Shown one piece after another: positions 1 to 11,705 of a DNA stretch of 64,000 nt. This DNA comes from Yuukianura sp. NJ FZ-2021 (Eukaryota): contig JAJCTO010000010.1 in the NCBI GenBank assembly GCA_046563655.1, positions 744,001 to 808,000 on the forward strand, given 5' to 3'. The notes below the pieces were generated by a model, which worked only from the letters and a program-made list of their open reading frames with translations, was not told the DNA's origin and did not search any database. The position numbers and the translations under genes were made by a program. The stretch's first letter is position 1. Each line of letters begins with the position of its first letter.

Positions 1-1176
1 AAAGTACTTCAATGTTTCCTCTGCCTCTCCTTTTAGGGTTGGTTGTAGATAACCTAATTTCTGGCTTCCTGAAAGAGAAGCATTATTCACAACATAGGTA
101 AGCATTAAGTCCCTGTAACTTAACCATTCCTCGTATTTTCCGTTGAATGTAGGCAACTCCAACTTGGGCATGTTCACCTTCATTTGACTGGTTTGGCTCT
201 GTCCCCCTGTGGTGCAGACTCCAGCCTTGGACTCAATGGAAATTAGCTTTGAACTAATTTTCTCAATGAACTTGTCGCATATGTTAATTTCCTTTGCTTG
301 CTTACGAAGTTCCTCATCGTCTTCGCAATTCATGTAAATCTCATGCCTAATCAAACCCAACTTAGACTCAAAGTTCTCAAGTTTCTTACGTTCGATGGCT
401 ACAGCAGCCCCTGTGACTGCAGTTGAGGAAGTCCCAAGTTCCTCTATTTTCATATGGAAATACTGGAGGTCAAGACCAAATCCTTTGAGTACCTTCCCAG
501 TTTCTTCATTGCTTCTGTTTCTGTAGACGGAAGTACGCTAATGCTGGTCCCTGCTGCTCCAACTCCTGCAACAGCCTTAGGTGTCCCAGTATCATCGCTC
601 TTGTCCGCCATCTTGGATATACTTGCTGCCTTGACCTTTGACCTCGTTCCTGACGCCGTGGTTACGGTACTATGGGCACTCAAGTCCACTCACTTTCAGT
701 TCAATGTCCAAATCGGTTCGTCATCCTTTGTGTAACAGGCAGTCGAATTGATTATGACTCACTGTAACCGTCTTTCGGCACCATGAAGAATGTTGGATGG
801 AATGCCAGATTCTGAACACTGAACGGTTGTGTATTAATTGATTTATTTATTTAATAATAAAACTTGAAACCTAACATTACTCTACTAATTGAAATGTGAT
901 TAAAATGAGAACTGAAAAGTGACAAGTGACAGGTGAGAATCTATGTGTAAGTTGCTGCTTCTGCAAAAGCTACTACAAGACTCTCTTCTTATGGTGTATC
1001 TTTTCTGTAGTAAAAAGAGGGAGAGATTCTACCTTATGGAAAGTGTTGACTTTTGAGGACGCTCTACTGTACTTACTCTAGTGCGCAACTCAGTAGTACA
1101 ATGATAGTATTTTCACAATAAAAGTAGACGCTAACCCTTTCTTTTTGATTCTATTCTCCACTCAAGTGGATCAACA
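1..1176 (-). mobile_element. BEL/Pao LTR retrotransposon, 5' end (LTR ~784-1176, PBS ~773-783, gag N-terminus running off the window start)
   Basis: Minus strand reads TGTTGATCC...CCAACATTCTTCA then TGGTGCCGAAAGACGG, the same PBS as at 14316. The gag translation (SISVLPSTETEAMKKL...; KVNMPKLELPTFNGKYEEW) closely resembles the gag at 14653 and has a frameshift near 450. Confidence 0.85.
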
Positions 1177-4080
1177 TTAACCCTTTGATTACATCTTAAT
1201 TTCACCTAATTTCAGTCTCTTCTCTTCTCCTCTCATGCGAGGCAAACTAACTTCTAAGTTAAACTAACTTTCAATTTCACTTACTTCTAAACCCAATTCA
1301 TTTGATATTAAAATTATTCTTATTCCCTTTTGGGATACTTCTAAGTATTCTCAACACCAATTGAACGTAAGTCAACTTCTGGAATCCAAGCATCCTACGG
1401 AGAAGATCCTTGGTGCTCTTGATGAGCCTCTCCCACCAACCGCCCCACCACGGTGAAGAAGGTGGGTTGAAGATCCATTTGATTTTCTGTTTCTGCGTCT
1501 TCTCTTGAACAAGGTCCGACGAAGTTCGTTCCGTTGTCAGAGTGGACGATTGATGGCCGTTGTTTCCTTTTGCAGAATCTGATAAATGAGAGAAGAAAGT
1601 CATCAGTTGACAATGATTCGGTCACCTCCAGATGAACACACCGACACACTGCACAAGTAAACATGACAATGTGTGCTTTCTTCCTGTTCTTCAGGGTTAA
1701 GGGGCCTGCCAGATCCACTCCAGTTACTTCAAAGGCACTGGCCTCCCTTACCCTCGGTTCCGGTAGAGCACTAGCCACAACTTCAACAGTCTTACCATCA
1801 AACCTCCTCTTACACACGATGCACTTGGTTATCACTTTCTTGATGGCTCTTCTGCCCTGGATGATCCAGTACTTTTCTCTTAACTTGGCCATCATTAGCT
1901 GTGCTCCTCCGCGTTCGTTGAAGATGTGAGTGTCTCGGATGATGAGATTGACAATGGGATGAGAATGTGGAAGTAAAATTGGTTTCCTAAAAGTGTCTGT
2001 GTCGGCTCGATTAGTCACTTTGGTTTTCACTTTTAGTAGTCCATCTGAGTCCACTTTCACTCTCAATCCCTGAATGACACTTTGGTCTATGGGAAAAGAT
2101 TCCTCCTGAATTATCTTGATCAATCTTCGTTCTGCCTCCTCCAGTTCTGTGATTGTAGGAATCTCGGACTTCTCTGTAGACTCCTTCTTCAAAAGACTCA
2201 CAAACCGGATGACATAAGCAAAAACACGAAGAGTCTGATGAAATGAATTCTTAGTGACATACCATGGTGACGAGACAGGCGCAGGAGTCGTTATGTTCGT
2301 GAGTGTCGTGATACTCTTCTTCCGCTCTGATTGACTGCATCTTCGTCCACCGATGATTCTGATCTGGGCCACATCTCCTTTTCTAATTTCAGCCAATCAG
2401 GGCCCTCCCACCATCGCGACAACACGAACCTGGTGGGAGAAGTCCCCCTTGATGGCAGATCTGCAGGATTTTCCAAACCCGAAATGTGGTTCCAGTCTTC
2501 TACTTTCGTCAGCTTCAGGATCTCCTTGACCCTATTCCCCACGAACGTCCCCCACTCATCACTTCGGCGTATCCACGACAGGGCCGTGCTGGAATCCGTC
2601 CAAAGGAAAGTCGGAACGTCGTCTTCGAGGTCTAATGCTGACTTAATGGCTGTGACCAGTCTTGCTGAAATGCAACACGAAAGGAGCTCCAATCTGGGGA
2701 TTGTGGTTGGTTTCAGCGGTGCTACTCTTGATTTCGCTTGAATAAATCGGATTTTGACACCGTCTTGAGTTTCAAAGCGAAGAAACACCACTGTCGCGTA
2801 AGCCTTCTTACTTGCGTCGCCAAGCACATGAATTTGGATCTTCCGGTTGTCTCTAGTTGTTCCACTGGTACAGTCTCGAGGTAGTTGAACTTTGTCACTC
2901 ACTTCAGCGAATTCCTTTGACCAACTGAGGAATTCTGTTTTCATTTCTGCAGATACTTCTTCATCCCAAGTCTTGTTCTCGTTCCATGCTTGCTGAAGAA
3001 GTACTTTCGGTAAAGTGACAACTGGAGTCCAAAGTCCTAGGGGGTCAAAGAGTTTCTGCAATTGAGATAAAATAACTCTTTTAGTCACTTTTAATGGAAT
3101 AACGGTAGGAACCACATCACAAAAGATTGTGTCCTCCTTCTTATCGCACTTCATCCCTAGAACACTGGTAATGATTTGATCAGTCCAAACACCGAATCTC
3201 TCCCACTGTCTAAGGTCCATTGTAGCCTGTGAAAAAAATGTCTGTAGAAAGGAAATTTCACTTTTTCATACTCGGAATCACTGTCCACTGTAAGAGCTAC
3301 ATTGTCCACATAAAGTGATCTTTCAGCCAAACTTACGACCTCAGGATTTTCACACCGATGCTGGTTCAAATGATGGAAGACAACTGCACCTAGAAAGAAT
3401 GGACTGCATTTCATTCCAAAAACGACTCGGTTGTGCCGAAACACTTTCACTTTTTGTCGTTCCTTGTCCTCCCACCATAAGAATCGCAGGAAATCACGAT
3501 CACTTTCTTTCACATTGATCATTAGAAAGGCCTTACGGATATCTGCTGTCACACCAATCTTCCCCATCCGGAAACGAAGTAAAATTGAAGGAAGAAGCTC
3601 CAGCAGATTCGGTCCTTTCTCCAAACACTCATTAAGTGACGGATTCCTCCCGATCTTACACGAAGCGTCGAACACTGGACGCACTGGAGTAGTTAGACTG
3701 GCCTTGAAGACGGCGCGATGAGGAACATAATGACATGGAACACTCTCACTGTCACCTAAGTCCTCTACGACTGAAATTATGCCCCTATTCTTGAAACACT
3801 TTGTCATAATCTGAGAACCGATTCAGAGACACTAACTTCCGAGTGGTGTTTTCCAACCGCTTCTGAGCCACTGCACGATTTGTAGGAAGAGATTGAGAGC
3901 CATTGATCCAAGGTAGAGAGACAGTGTATCTTCCCTCAGGATCTGTAGTAACTGTCTTCTGGAAATTCTCAATAGCCTCTCTCTCCCGGTCTTCTTGCGT
4001 CTGCTTCTCGACGGGGTCACGAATTCCAAGGACATCCAAAGACGAAAGCTGGGCGACTGTAGAGCTAGCGATAGTCATGG

Positions 4081-4616
4081 TATGAGGTCATGGACCTCAT
4101 CGGAGAGTTAGTTAATTAGAAATTAAGTAGGGCGAATGCCCATAAGTGTTTGTCCCCTGTCTCCCTCCCTTTGTGTCGGCAGAGCCGACAGGAGAACACA
4201 AGAAAAAGAAGAAGAAGACTTCTCCCGCAGCAGCCACGCCGTCAGCTTCTCTCTCTGCCTTGCTCCAGCGACAGAGTGTCTTCCCCGGTCAACTGGAGGT
4301 CAACCAGGTCAGATCAGCGTGTGGCCAGTGATTGGCCTAGCCAGTGATTGGCTCGTGGTGGCCAGTGATTGGCCTTAGCCAGGGATTGGCTTTGTTGTGG
4401 CCAGTGGTTGGCCGGGTCCCCTTCCCCGGATCTGGGTTATCGGTTATGGCCCTTCAGGCCCGTTAGTTTAGCCCAAAGGGCTTAGTCTTTTAGTTAGTGT
4501 TTTGGGCTGCTACGATTTGAATAAATCGTAGCCAAAGATCATCGTTTTTCGCGTTTGTTTTCATTTATTTCATTGTGGGACTGAGCAGTGCAGAGAGGCA
4601 CTGCTCAAGCCTCATA
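4081..4616 (+). repeat. 5' LTR of Gypsy element (TATGAGG...CCTCATA termini)
   Basis: Direct repeat of 9970-10515; 7-bp terminal inverted repeat; AATAAA near 4520. Confidence 0.93.
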
Positions 4617-5161
4617 TCTGGTGCCCCGAGCCTTAACTGCCCCCTTCAGAGACATGAGCATTTCATAAAAATGGATGATTGATCACTGATCAATCATCGA
4701 TTCATGTAAAAATTCCGAAAAATCGGTTCGGATGCCGATCATTGGGTAGCGGCGTGGTCCCCCCCCTTGTTGTACATAGATCGCGTGCAACGGTTCGGTT
4801 TTGCGCACATGTGCTAAAAAGACATTTTTGAATTCAATTTTTTGTTTGAGCGCGGTCCGATCCCCGATTCAACTTTCCGATTTCACCTTCAGTTTTTCCT
4901 AAAGTCAACTACTAATTCAATGTACAAAGTTGTAAAATTAATTAACTATTTCTGATTAATTACTGATTCCTAAAATTGCGTTTTTGTTTCCTTTTCCTGG
5001 TTATTTTATGGTTCTTACGCGCAGTCACTGGAGGTACCCGCTCATCCCGCGCTCAGATCGGTCACACATATGCGTTTTGTTACCGCTCCCTCATTTATTT
5101 TAACGGTTTCTCCAGTCAATTTAAAAACGGAAACGGATTTTTTTTAGATTCTTTAGTCAAT

Positions 5162-6127
5162 ATGGCTACTAATGATGTCAAAGACGCTGAGATTGCGGAT
5201 CTTACTGAGCAATTACGTGTATTAGAGACAGTGATGGATGATTTGCGTGCACAGCAGCGATTTTCCGCCGCGCCCGCTCCGGCCGCGCCCGCTCCACAAG
5301 TGTTGCTTGTAGAACAAGCCCCTGTGATTCCGATTCCAAAATATTCAAACAAAATTCCAATTCCTTCATTTTTTAAAGAAGCCGAAGAGTATTTTACGCT
5401 TAAAAATTCGGATGAAAAGTCAAAAATTGTGCTCGTTGGTTTCATGCTTCATAAAGAATCGGACATTTTTCTTTGGTGGTTAGATATTAAGGATACTATC
5501 ACCACATGGGAACAATTTAAAGTCGCTTTTCTAAATTACGAAGGCATTGGTCAGTCTACGGACAAGCTTCTTTGTGATCTTTTCGCTAAAAAGCAATTTT
5601 TTTCAGAAGCTTTCGAAACTTTTGCGTGGGATGTAGCAAATTCCTACAAACGAATTGACCCGACCGTGTCAAACGAAACGATACGAGAACGGATTGTAAA
5701 TTCTTGTCTTCCGGAAATTTCAATTTTGCTTAGATCTTCCCGCGCTACGAATGTAGCGGAGCTAATTGCGCATGGTAAGCAAATTGTGGGCGATCTAAAT
5801 CGGACTAGACGTTTTGAAAACAAGCCTTTGATTCGTGCAACAGCTTCTGACGATTTTTCCGATTTCAATCAAAGACTCAAGGACAGAGCAGCAGCACGTC
5901 AACCGTCTAGAGCGGTTTACATTCCAAGGGAATCGTTTCAACCGCAGCCTATTGGGCCTATTTCAGTCCCACCCGAAAATTCTTGGGCTAGTCAATTGTT
6001 TCCAAAGCAAGACTCGGAGGCTCAAACAGCTCCAATTTTTTCTGCCATGACTCCAAAACAACCGGAAATTTCTTATTCGCGCCCAGAGCGCGCTCCTAAT
6101 ATTCCGCCAAACTCCGACGGAAGGTAG
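5162..6127 (+). CDS. gag: Gypsy Gag (retrotransposon capsid)
   Basis: ATG at 5162 within ORF 4976-6127; coiled-coil N-terminus, capsid-like WW...TWEQFKVAFL motif; lies between PBS and pol. Confidence 0.85.
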   Translation: MATNDVKDAEIADLTEQLRVLETVMDDLRAQQRFSAAPAPAAPAPQVLLVEQAPVIPIPKYSNKIPIPSFFKEAEEYFTLKNSDEKSKIVLVGFMLHKESDIFLWWLDIKDTITTWEQFKVAFLNYEGIGQSTDKLLCDLFAKKQFFSEAFETFAWDVANSYKRIDPTVSNETIRERIVNSCLPEISILLRSSRATNVAELIAHGKQIVGDLNRTRRFENKPLIRATASDDFSDFNQRLKDRAAARQPSRAVYIPRESFQPQPIGPISVPPENSWASQLFPKQDSEAQTAPIFSAMTPKQPEISYSRPERAPNIPPNSDGR

Positions 6128-9100
6128 GACGGGGGTTCCCTATCCTTCCGAAATCGGATTTTTCCAAAGCAGCTCCCACAATTAAAATCAAAATTCGGAA
6201 TTCCTTTTATTTTGCTCATTTGGATTCGCTATCAACTTATTCGCACATTTCCGCTTCTTTAGCAAAGGAACTCGGCATGATTATTAAACAAGGGCAAATT
6301 CAATTAACGATTGGTGACTCAAGTACTATCAGTACTTCCGGAACTGGAGAGTTACATTTCAAAATTTATACTGATGATTACATTCACACAGTCCATATTC
6401 TCCAGTCTCCGCCTTTTCCAATTATTCTCGGACTTGACTTCATTCGGAAATACCATTTGGTCCCGGATTTTCATGACGGTACATTTTCAATTCTCGGAAC
6501 GAAAACAAGAGGTCGACTTGAATATTACTTTCAAAACCGTGAGTATTTGTGTGCACTGCTTGGCCTCAGTGACACGCAAACTCAGGAACTTAAGAGCTTG
6601 ACCGATAGTTTCCCATCACTTTTCTCCTCTCAGTTAGGCCAAACTGATTGGGTCAAGTGTGAGTTGACACCGTCTCCCGGACCTCCCATTTCCTCTAAAC
6701 CCTATCCGGTTAGTCCTTTCAAGCGACAGCTCATTTCGGACAACATTTCGGAAATGTTGAAATTGGGCGTCATTGAACCCTCTGATTCTGAGTGGGCTTC
6801 CCCTGTATATATGCACACTCGTGATAAAGGTCAGTCATGGAGATTTACTTTGGATTTACGGAAAGTAAATGCTCGGCTACCTCATGATCCTTTTCCTATT
6901 CCTAGATTAGATTATTTATTTCATAACTTAGGTCAAGCTAAATTTCTTTCGGTGATTGATCTTAAGAAGGGCTACTGGCAAGTGGCCATGGACCCACAGA
7001 GCGCAAAGTACACCGCTTTCATTTGTCATGAGGGTAAATTTCAGTTTACGCGCATGCCCTTTGGTTTAAAGTCGGCCCCTTCTTTATTTCAACGCCTTGT
7101 AAATAAAATTTTAGGCACAGCGCGAGGACGCTTTGCTGACGGTTACATAGACGACATCATCGTCTATTCAAGTTCTTGGAAGGAACATTTAGAACATCTC
7201 AAATTCGTTTTTGAGAGATTAAATGCTGCTGGTCTCACTGTAAATATGCAGAAATGTGAGTTCGGTAAAACTACCCTCAAGTACTTAGGGTACATTGTTT
7301 CTCCAAATGGAATTGAGAGAGACCCGGATAAGATTTCCGCTGTTTCCGATTTTCCCAGGCCGACGACGCCCAAACAAGTTCGTCAGTTTTTAGGTCTTTG
7401 TTCTTGGTATCGACAGTTTGTCGAAAGATTTTCGGAGCTCAGCGAGCCCCTTAACCGGCTATTGCACAAAGATGTTCCTTTTGTTTGGTCAGACGACCAG
7501 GAATCTGCATTTTTAAGGCTCAGAGCAGCCATTTGTTCGGATGATTTGGTTTTGGCTTTCCCGGATTTTTCCAAAGAATTTATTATTCGGACGGACGCGT
7601 CACGAATCGGAGTTTCCGCGGTTTTAGCTCAAGAGATTAACGGATTTGAGAGACCCATTGCATTTGCGAGTCGCTCTTTGAATAACGCTGAGAAGAATTA
7701 CGGTTCTAGCGAAATTGAATGTGTCGGAATTTTGTTTGCTTTGAAAAAATTTGAACATTACATTGACGGTCAACGTTTTCGTCTTGAGACCGACAACAAA
7801 GCTCTAGTTTGGCTTGACAAAATGAAAGATGTGAACAGTAAGTTTACCCGATGGGCACTTCGTATTCAAGATTTTCAGCCCATTATTACTCATTGTCCAG
7901 GCAAACTTAACGTTGTTGCTGATGCCCTTTCACGCGCTCCCGTGGGAGAAAGTGAGGATTGTGAAGATCACCGCGAAAAATTAAATTTTCCATTAAATTG
8001 TTCTTCACCCGCCATTTTTCTTTCATTGACGCGCGAAATTTCATTGGAGACGCTCAAAGAAGAGCAAAGTAAAGATTTAGAAGTCCAAGCACTGCTTACG
8101 GACACTGGAAAGGATTTCGTAGTCGACGACGGAATTCTTTACCGTTTGGGGAAATACTCCGGAAAGCTTCCCTTTATTCCATCATCTTTACGTTCTCAAG
8201 TTTTGAGTTATTTCCATGATAGACCGGAAGCAGGTCACATGGGCTTTCGTAAAACGCTTTACCGTCTTTTGCGTCGTGTATTTTGGTTCGGAATGCATGA
8301 AGACATTTACAAATTTGTTCAGTCTTGCGACATTTGTCAGCGGATTAAAAATCCTACTTCTAAACCGGTTGGGCAACTTCAAAGCGTACAAACTAGAGGT
8401 CCTTGGGACATGCTCGCTTTAGATCTAATTGGTCCTCTTACGAAGACGCAGCGTCAGAATACTTTCTTGCTAGTTGTCACTGATCATTTTACAAAATGGG
8501 TAGAATTATTCCCAGTTCGAGAAGCTACGGCTCCTTTGATCGTTAAGAAAGTCGAACAAGAAATTTTCTGTCGTTTCGGTCGTCCCAGAGCCTTGTTAAG
8601 CGATAACGGTTCTCAATTTACTTCGGAGTTATTCAAAAAGCTTTGCAAAACATGGAATGTCAAGTTAAAATACACTTCGACCTATCATCCCCAGGCAAAT
8701 ATCACTGAGCGCGTAAATCGTAACGTCATTGCTATTCTTCGCGCCTATGTCGCGAGAAAACACAGTAAATGGGATGAGAATTTACCGGAAGTCGCCATGG
8801 CTTTGCGCACTGCAATTTCGGACTCTACAGGTTTTAGCCCTTCGATGCTCAATTTTGGTCGTGAACTTTCGACTCCGTTTGATTTAGCGCTAGATGACTC
8901 CGAGAGCGATGATTTTGCTGAGTGGACGCAGTACCAACTCACTTTGATTGAACGCCTTTCTAAAGTTTACCGTTTGGCTAGAGAGAATCTAGAAAAAGCG
9001 CAAGCGTCGCAAGCGAAACATTATAACAAGCATCGTCGTTCAGATGCGTTTCAAATTGGCGATTTGGTACTCTTGCGTACTCATGAGAATTCTGACAAGG

Positions 9101-9363
9101 CCAAGGGTTACATGAAAAAGTTCGCTTTTAAGTGGGAAGGCCCTTACATGATTTTTGAAAAGGTGACGGACTTAGTTTACGGCCTAAAGTTTTGCGATTC
9201 CGACGAATCAATTGGTCGTCATAACATTGTTAACCTTAAACGCTACTTTTCAAGACCAGGAGCTGTCATTTCCGCGCCTTTACCGCCTTCTAAGGTCCCT
9301 AAGTCAAAGCCTGAACCTGTCATTAGCAATTACAATCTGCGCAGTCGTGGTACTCTTAATTGA
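6100..9363 (+). CDS. pol: Gypsy Pol (protease-RT-RNase H-integrase), probably expressed by -1 frameshift
   Basis: Frame open from 6100; SEWASP, DLKKGYWQ, MPFGL, YIDD, TDAS, ETDNKAL, ADALSR, HHCC, SDNGSQF, YHPQAN and GPY motifs. Confidence 0.95.
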   Translation, partial: YSAKLRRKVGRGFPILPKSDFSKAAPTIKIKIRNSFYFAHLDSLSTYSHISASLAKELGMIIKQGQIQLTIGDSSTISTSGTGELHFKIYTDDYIHTVHILQSPPFPIILGLDFIRKYHLVPDFHDGTFSILGTKTRGRLEYYFQNREYLCALLGLSDTQTQELKSLTDSFPSLFSSQLGQTDWVKCELTPSPGPPISSKPYPVSPFKRQLISDNISEMLKLGVIEPSDSEWASPVYMHTRDKGQSWRFTLDLRKVNARLPHDPFPIPRLDYLFHNLGQAKFLSVIDLKKGYWQVAMDPQSAKYTAFICHEGKFQFTRMPFGLKSAPSLFQRLVNKILGTARGRFADGYIDDIIVYSSSWKEHLEHLKFVFERLNAAGLTVNMQKCEFGKTTLKYLGYIVSPNGIERDPDKISAVSDFPRPTTPKQVRQFLGLCSWYRQFVERFSELSEPLNRLLHKDVPFVWSDDQESAFLRLRAAICSDDLVLAFPDFSKEFIIRTDASRIGVSAVLAQEINGFERPIAFASRSLNNAEKNYGSSEIECVGILFALKKFEHYIDGQRFRLETDNKALVWLDKMKDVNSKFTRWALRIQDFQPIITHCPGKLNVVADALSRAPVGESEDCEDHREKLNFPLNCSSPAIFLSLTREISLETLKEEQSKDLEVQALLTDTGKDFVVDDGILYRLGKYSGKLPFIPSSLRSQVLSYFHDRPEAGHMGFRKTLYRLLRRVFWFGMHEDIYKFVQSCDICQRIKNPTSKPVGQLQSVQTRGPWDMLALDLIGPLTKTQRQNTFLLVVTDHFTKWVELFPVREATAPLIVKKVEQEIFCRFGRPRALLSDNGSQFTSELFKKLCKTWNVKLKYTSTYHPQANITERVNRNVIAILRAYVARKHSKWDENLPEVAMALRTAISDSTGFSPSMLNFGRELSTPFDLALDDSESDDFAEWTQYQLTLIERLSKVYRLARENLEKAQASQAKHYNKHRRSDAFQIGDLVLLRTHENSDKAKGYMKKFAFKWEGPYMIFEKVTDLVYGLKFCDSDESIGRHNIVNLKRYFSRPGAVISAPLPPSKVPKSKPEPVISNYNLRSRGTLN

Positions 9364-9969
9364 TTTCTGTTTTTCTTCTTTTGTTTCCAGCTAAAGCACT
9401 TCCTGAACCGGCTCCTTCTAAAATTACAAAAATTGTCAAATTCCAAGCGCTCGGACGCGGAAAACGCTCATTTTGAACCTAAACTTTGTTGGAAATGCTC
9501 CGTTTCGCATCCAAACCATTTTTCAAAAACCAAAACCGCAGTTTCGGTACACCAGAAAGCCTTAAAAGCGACGATCTTTTGTGCTACTAAGTGTTAGTTA
9601 AGCTGGGGCTAGAGCCCCTTAGTTACGTGCACTTAGCACCATTTCTTAGTTTTTTTGTTGATTTTCATTCATTTTTCCATTGTTTATTGTTTATTTCATT
9701 AATTTTCGTCAGTTTTTGTTTATAGTCGATTCCAATTCTTTAGTTCATTTTTTGTAGTTTGCTAAGTTCTATTTATGTCATTCATTTGCTGTCATTTTCC
9801 TTTTTGTTTATAGTGTATCCCACTAGTTTAGTTTCTTTTTAGTTTTGCCAATTTTTTGCACATAGTGGCGTTCAGTTTTGTTTAGTTTGCAAATTTGTGT
9901 TCAGTTTTAGAGCTAAGTTTAGCCCTGGTCCAACCCCTGGAGCAACGCTTCATGGCGAGGAGGGGGTGA

Positions 9970-10515
9970 TATGAGGTCATGGACCTCATCGGAGAATTAA
10001 GTATTTAGTTAATTAGAAATTAAGTAGGGCGAATGCCCATAAGTGGTTGTCCCCGGTCTCCCTCCCTTTGTGTCGCCAGAGCCGATAGGAGAACACAAGA
10101 AAAAGAAGAAGAAGACTTCTCCCGCAGCAGCCACGCCGTCAGCTTCTCTCTCTGCCTTGCTCCAGCGACAGAGTGTCTTCCCCGGTCAACTGGAGGTCAA
10201 CCAGGTCAGATCAGCGTGTGGCCAGTGATTGGCCTAGCCAGTGATTGGCTCGTGGTGGCCAGTGATTGGCCTTAGCCAGGGATTGGCTTTGTTGTGGCCA
10301 GTGGTTGGCCGGGTCCCCCTTCCCCCGGATCTGGGTTATCGGTATGGCCCTTCAGGCCCGTTAGTTTAGCCCAAAGGGCTTAGTCTTTTAGTTAGTTGTT
10401 TGAGTCGCTACGATTTGAATAAATCGTAGGTCAGAGATCATCGGTTTTTGGCGTTTGTTTTCATTTATTTCATTGTGGGACTGAGCAGTGCAGAGAGGCG
10501 CTGCTCAGCCTCATA
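9970..10515 (+). repeat. 3' LTR of Gypsy element
   Basis: Direct repeat of 4081-4616, preceded by polypurine tract. Confidence 0.93.
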
Positions 10516-11534
10516 ATGGAAACCACAGTCATGGCTACGTCTTCAGAATTGCTCTGTCTTCCTGTAGCTCCCATGACCGTCCAACCCAATCTTGTCTCAG
10601 TTGCCGTCAGCCCGTTCTTAAGACGAAAGATCTTCCCAGTCAGAAATTGTCCAATGGTGTCTGCGCCCAACAAAGCTTCAATTTCGACGGGATTCTTCGG
10701 GTCAAAGTCGTTCAACACAATTCCTCTGTCTCTGAGCATCTTCATGCATGGGCCAGGCGTAATTCTTGGAATTGCTCCGCAGATCTGATGCTGGTCCAGG
10801 AGAAGGAGAGGAACTGAAAACTTAGAATAAACACTTCCGATTAGAACCTTGTAGATTGAATGCTTATTCCCTACGACATTTGTCCCTCCAAACAATGAAT
10901 GATTCATGACCACGGTGTCCTTCTGATCCAGATCCAGCTCCTTGGCCGTACAATCTAGGATGTAAGACTTCTGACTCCCGCAGTCGAGTAGAACACGAAC
11001 GTTCTTCTTCTTGTGGCTCACTGGATTCTCCAACTGCACGATCAGCGTCTGGAGTACGACTTCGCTGGTACAGTTGAGACTTGAGAGCACCGTCTGATTC
11101 TTCTTCCCATCATCTTTGTCTTTTCCATCACTGGAACCTTTGGATGACGATGAGATCTGGGGGCAGAGTAGAACCAAATGCTTCTTACCGCAGACAAGGC
11201 ACTGAGGAGTACTACGACACTTATTAGCCCTATGTCCGCCTTTTAAACACGAAAAGCAAACACCCTTCTTCTTGACGACCTCCTTTCTGTCTTCTAATGT
11301 CATCTTCTGTGCCTTAAAGCACTCTTTAGAGGGATGCTGTTTTTCACAACACAAGCACTGGCTTCTCTCTTTGTTTTCAAATTGTCCACTGAACAGTCCA
11401 GCCGCTGTGGGTACATCTTCTTCTTCATCTCTGGGACTGTTGTGAGTAGGTAGATAGGACGGAATTTCATGCCAAATCGACCTTTGGACCCATAAGGTTT
11501 AAAACCCACTGGCGTGAGATCCTACAAGACAGAC

Positions 11535-11705
11535 TAATTAAGACTTCCTTTTCTTAATTAAGACTTCCTGTGAGCTTAATCCTTTGTCCGTTAACACTAT
11601 GTCCGTTAACACCTTGGACAAATAGGAATCCATGGGGAGGAGTTTTGGTTATCCAATGGGATTCCTGCCGTGGGGAGGAGTTTTGGTTATCCAATGGGAT
11701 TCCTG
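11535..11705. repeat. Cluster of short tandem direct repeats (TAATTAAGACTTCCT x2, TGTCCGTTAACAC x2, 35-bp TGGGGAGGAGTTTTGGTTATCCAATGGGATTCCTG x2)
   Basis: Seen directly; 35-mers at 11633-11667 and 11671-11705. Confidence 0.85.

Larger units (their letters stand above)
4081..10515 (+). mobile_element. Full-length Ty3/Gypsy LTR retrotransposon
   Basis: Near-identical LTRs 4081-4616 and 9970-10515; 4-bp TSD ATGG (4077-4080, 10516-10519); PBS TGGTGCCCCG at 4619; PPT GGCGAGGAGGGGGTGA before 9970. Confidence 0.95.
1350..11510 (-). pseudogene. Decayed BEL/Pao gag-pol (zinc knuckles, protease, RT, RNase H, integrase), split by a Gypsy insertion at 4081-10515; no LTRs seen
   Basis: ORF pieces: 10470-11354 (Cys/His knuckles, LLDCGSQ protease), 3785-4078, 3157-3807 (YVPH, RPVFDAS, ADIRKAF, YVDN), 2291-3220 (DAS, PRLELL, WTDS, NPADLPSRG), 1395-2396 and 1298-1603 (GVDLAGP, SDNGTNF, PWWGGWWERL). 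Several frameshifts. Removing the Gypsy restores ...AMTVVS-MTIASS.... Confidence 0.9.

Noticed and set aside
773..783. tRNA-like 3' ends (also 4619, 14316, 42963, 55255)
   Set aside because: Primer-binding sites of LTR elements, not tRNA genes.
4136..4378. Short ORFs in the Gypsy LTRs (also 10033-10275)
   Set aside because: Duplicated only because they lie in LTRs; low complexity and no coding signature.
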